64,000 bases of DNA from Camelus ferus. Its lineage: Eukaryota. Shown here piece after piece: positions 61,635-64,000 of the stretch (the stretch's first letter is position 1; each line of letters starts with the position of its first letter). Position numbers and translations under genes: made by a program. The DNA lies in NCBI RefSeq assembly GCF_009834535.1, contig NC_045697.1:6760001-6824000 (forward strand), given 5' to 3'. The notes below the pieces were generated by a model that searched no databases, had not been told where the DNA came from, and worked only from the letters and a program-made list of their open reading frames with translations.

Positions 61635-62694
61635 CTTTTGCTATATTCTTCTATTTTCTAGAAAAAAAAAAAAGTCTGTAACTGCTTAAAACCTTCAACA
61701 CTTCTGCCAAGGTATAATTATCTACATTCTCCTTATGGGGAACCTGAGACTCAGAGAAGCCATCCACATTCCCACCAATCTGCCAAGAGGAAAACATCAG
61801 AGAACTGGGATGAGAACTCAGATCTACATGGGCTGGCATCTTTACATCCCTTCCTCTTGCCTTCTGCTGTGGTCCTTAGTAATCTCCAGAAGATCTTTAG
61901 AAAGCCTCTAGAGAGTTCATGGTACTGTGGGTACAAATCTGAACTGTTTTAAGAAGTTGCTTTTTTTTGTCCAAAACAGTATTAGTACTGATACTTGAAC
62001 TGAACTGCATTCGTATTTCTCAGATTAGCTTAACCAGCCTCCCCGAGCACAGACTCTGGGGGATGCATCAGCCTGGTCCAAGGGAAATGCAAGCTGAATA
62101 AGACTCTGTTCCCTAAAACTCCCCTGTGAAAAATTTCAAGTAGATTTTAGTACAAAGAAACACTTTGTTTTCAATGTGGAAAGTCATGTTTCCTTTTAGG
62201 AAATTCAGAACCGAATAACAGCTTATATCTCCCTTTCAAGCAGGGCTACTGGGAAGCGTTAAGCTTACCCATATCTTTAGTGTATTTGAAATTATTCCCA
62301 TTCTCTCCGATGGATTTTGTTTACTTACACTTTGTTATTTCGGGGTATTGACAACCACACAACAATGACACCACCACCAGCGGTAACAACTGTTACTACC
62401 AATAGTAATAAAACACATTATGTTTTGGGCTCCATGATTTATACGCATTTTATTATTTTATATAACAACTCAATGAAGTGGTTGATTATACAAACAACAG
62501 TCAACAAGCTGTTTTAGAGAAACAAGTTTCCTTCTTCAAAATCATGCAACCCATAGAAGAGATGTTGGAAATTGGAACTCATGTCTGTCATGACCCCAAG
62601 CCTGGAGTTAACCTCAGTAACATACTGTACATATGTCATAGACCATATTTTAGGGCACCTGAAATCTTTTATGAAAAGAAGTGGACTATATATC

Positions 62695-63150
62695 ATGGTG
62701 GGGGGTAGGGGTTATGGAGCTGCCCTGCTTGGAATCCCTTTCGCAGAATTACTACAGGAAGCATAAATGACCTTCAGCCCAAGATGCTGCAGCTTTACAT
62801 CCACCCCAGGTGGACGCAAGAATATCAAGGCCACACTTCCCTTGGGCCGCTCGTGGCCAACAACTGAGTGTGGCAGGGTTACCAGAGCAGGCCCATTCCC
62901 ACCCCATGATGGGAATTCTTCCAAAGGGTTACTCTGACTTAGAGACAGCTTACTGGCCCGGCTGAGACTTTCTCCTATTTCGGTGTAATCTGAGGTTCTT
63001 TGTCTCCAGTCCTTCCGCCCCTCTCTCCTTTCACAGCTATCAGATCAGCACTGAGGTCTGCGGCTCTCCCTACCTACTCTTGTCGCTTCCTCTTTATTTT
63101 TCACGGCATTTCTCCCAACAAGTCTCTTGTACTTCTAAGCTCATCTTTAC
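62695..63150 (+). mobile_element. LTR33-like ERVL LTR
   Basis: ctcctttcacagctatcagatcagcactgaggtctgcggctctccctacctactc...tttcacggcatttctcccaacaagtctcttgtacttctaa. Confidence 0.7.
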
Positions 63151-63735
63151 ACCAAAGAGAATGAGAGACAGAATAATAGAAAATAAGTTTATTCACTTTT
63201 CAATGTATTGAATGCAATCCCGGAGCTAACTTAGTGCCTGTGACTCATTCAGTGCTCAACAAGCACTTGCTGGATAAATGCCGCCTATGTTCAAGTCAGC
63301 CTGTAATACTGAAGTTGCAGGGCATGTGTGGTAACGGGTAACTGAGACAGGAGGCAAGATGTTAAAAAGATTTGTGATAAGAGAAGAATGAAGAGTGCTT
63401 TGGTTGTAGAAGATTAAACTGGAGAAACCAGCAGAGAGCTTCATGGAGGGGGAAGCCTTCCACGTGATTTTAAAGGGCATGTAAGGTTTCCACGAGTGAA
63501 GGAAACTGAAATTAATAAAGCTACAGAAACAGTGTGAGAGAAAAGCAGAGAAGTATGTTCTATGACATGGCTTATGCTGGACAAGCGGTTGATGACACAT
63601 GACTGGTGTAGCTTTCTAGAGCGCCGAAGGGGAGCAGGACAGAGTGGGACACCTGGGAAAGAGTTTGTGCTTGAGTATGTGAGGTCACATTCTTTGAATG
63701 GTGGAGAAATGCGAATAAAGACAGTTGTCCTGTAA

Positions 63736-64000
63736 CAGTGCTGTCCAGTAGGAGTACAATGCCAGCTACAAACCTGAGCCATAGATGTCATTTGAAACTT
63801 TCCAGTAGATGCATAAACATCTATAAAGAAGTAGGTGAAGTTAATTTAAAACTATCTTTTACGTTATCAGATATATTCAAAATATTATCACTTCATCATG
63901 TAATCAGTATAAAAATTGTGAGATATTTTGCATTATTTTTTCTTACTAGATCTTCAAACTCAGGTGTGCATTTTATACTTACAGTCCATCTGTAACCATG
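63736..64000. mobile_element. MER33 hAT-Charlie element
   Basis: cagtgctgtccagtag...aggtgaagttaattt...atatattcaaaatattatcacttcatcatgtaatcagtataaaaatt...ggtgtgcattttatacttacag. Confidence 0.85.

Noticed and set aside
1..64000. A novel multi-gene biological system
   Set aside because: No intact coding genes, operon-like organisation or unexplained repeat array; nearly all recognisable structure is explained by known mammalian transposon classes.

Overview
Mammalian nuclear DNA, intronic or intergenic. I found no protein-coding exon I could support, no functional RNA gene, no CRISPR array and no prokaryotic content. The supplied ORFs are chance ORFs or decayed transposon frames. The window is mostly interspersed-repeat fossils: ancient MIR and L2; MaLR, ERVL and ERV1 LTRs; an ERVL integrase remnant; DNA transposons (MER58A, MER20, MER33, an internally deleted Tigger1, a Zaphod-like hAT transposase fossil); old L1M pieces; and about ten younger L1 3' ends. 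Short tRNA-Ala-like SINEs, the L1 3'UTR type and the absence of Alu, B1, Bov-A, PRE-1 and Can-SINE point to a cetartiodactyl, most likely a camelid (inference). Repeat family names come from recalled consensus sequences, not a database search, and many boundaries are approximate (tens of bp). I found no credible new biological system. The best observations are retrotransposition footprints (twin-priming inversion, short 3' transduction, nested insertions with TSDs, a microhomology-deleted Tigger1) and a few weak regulatory or exon candidates.
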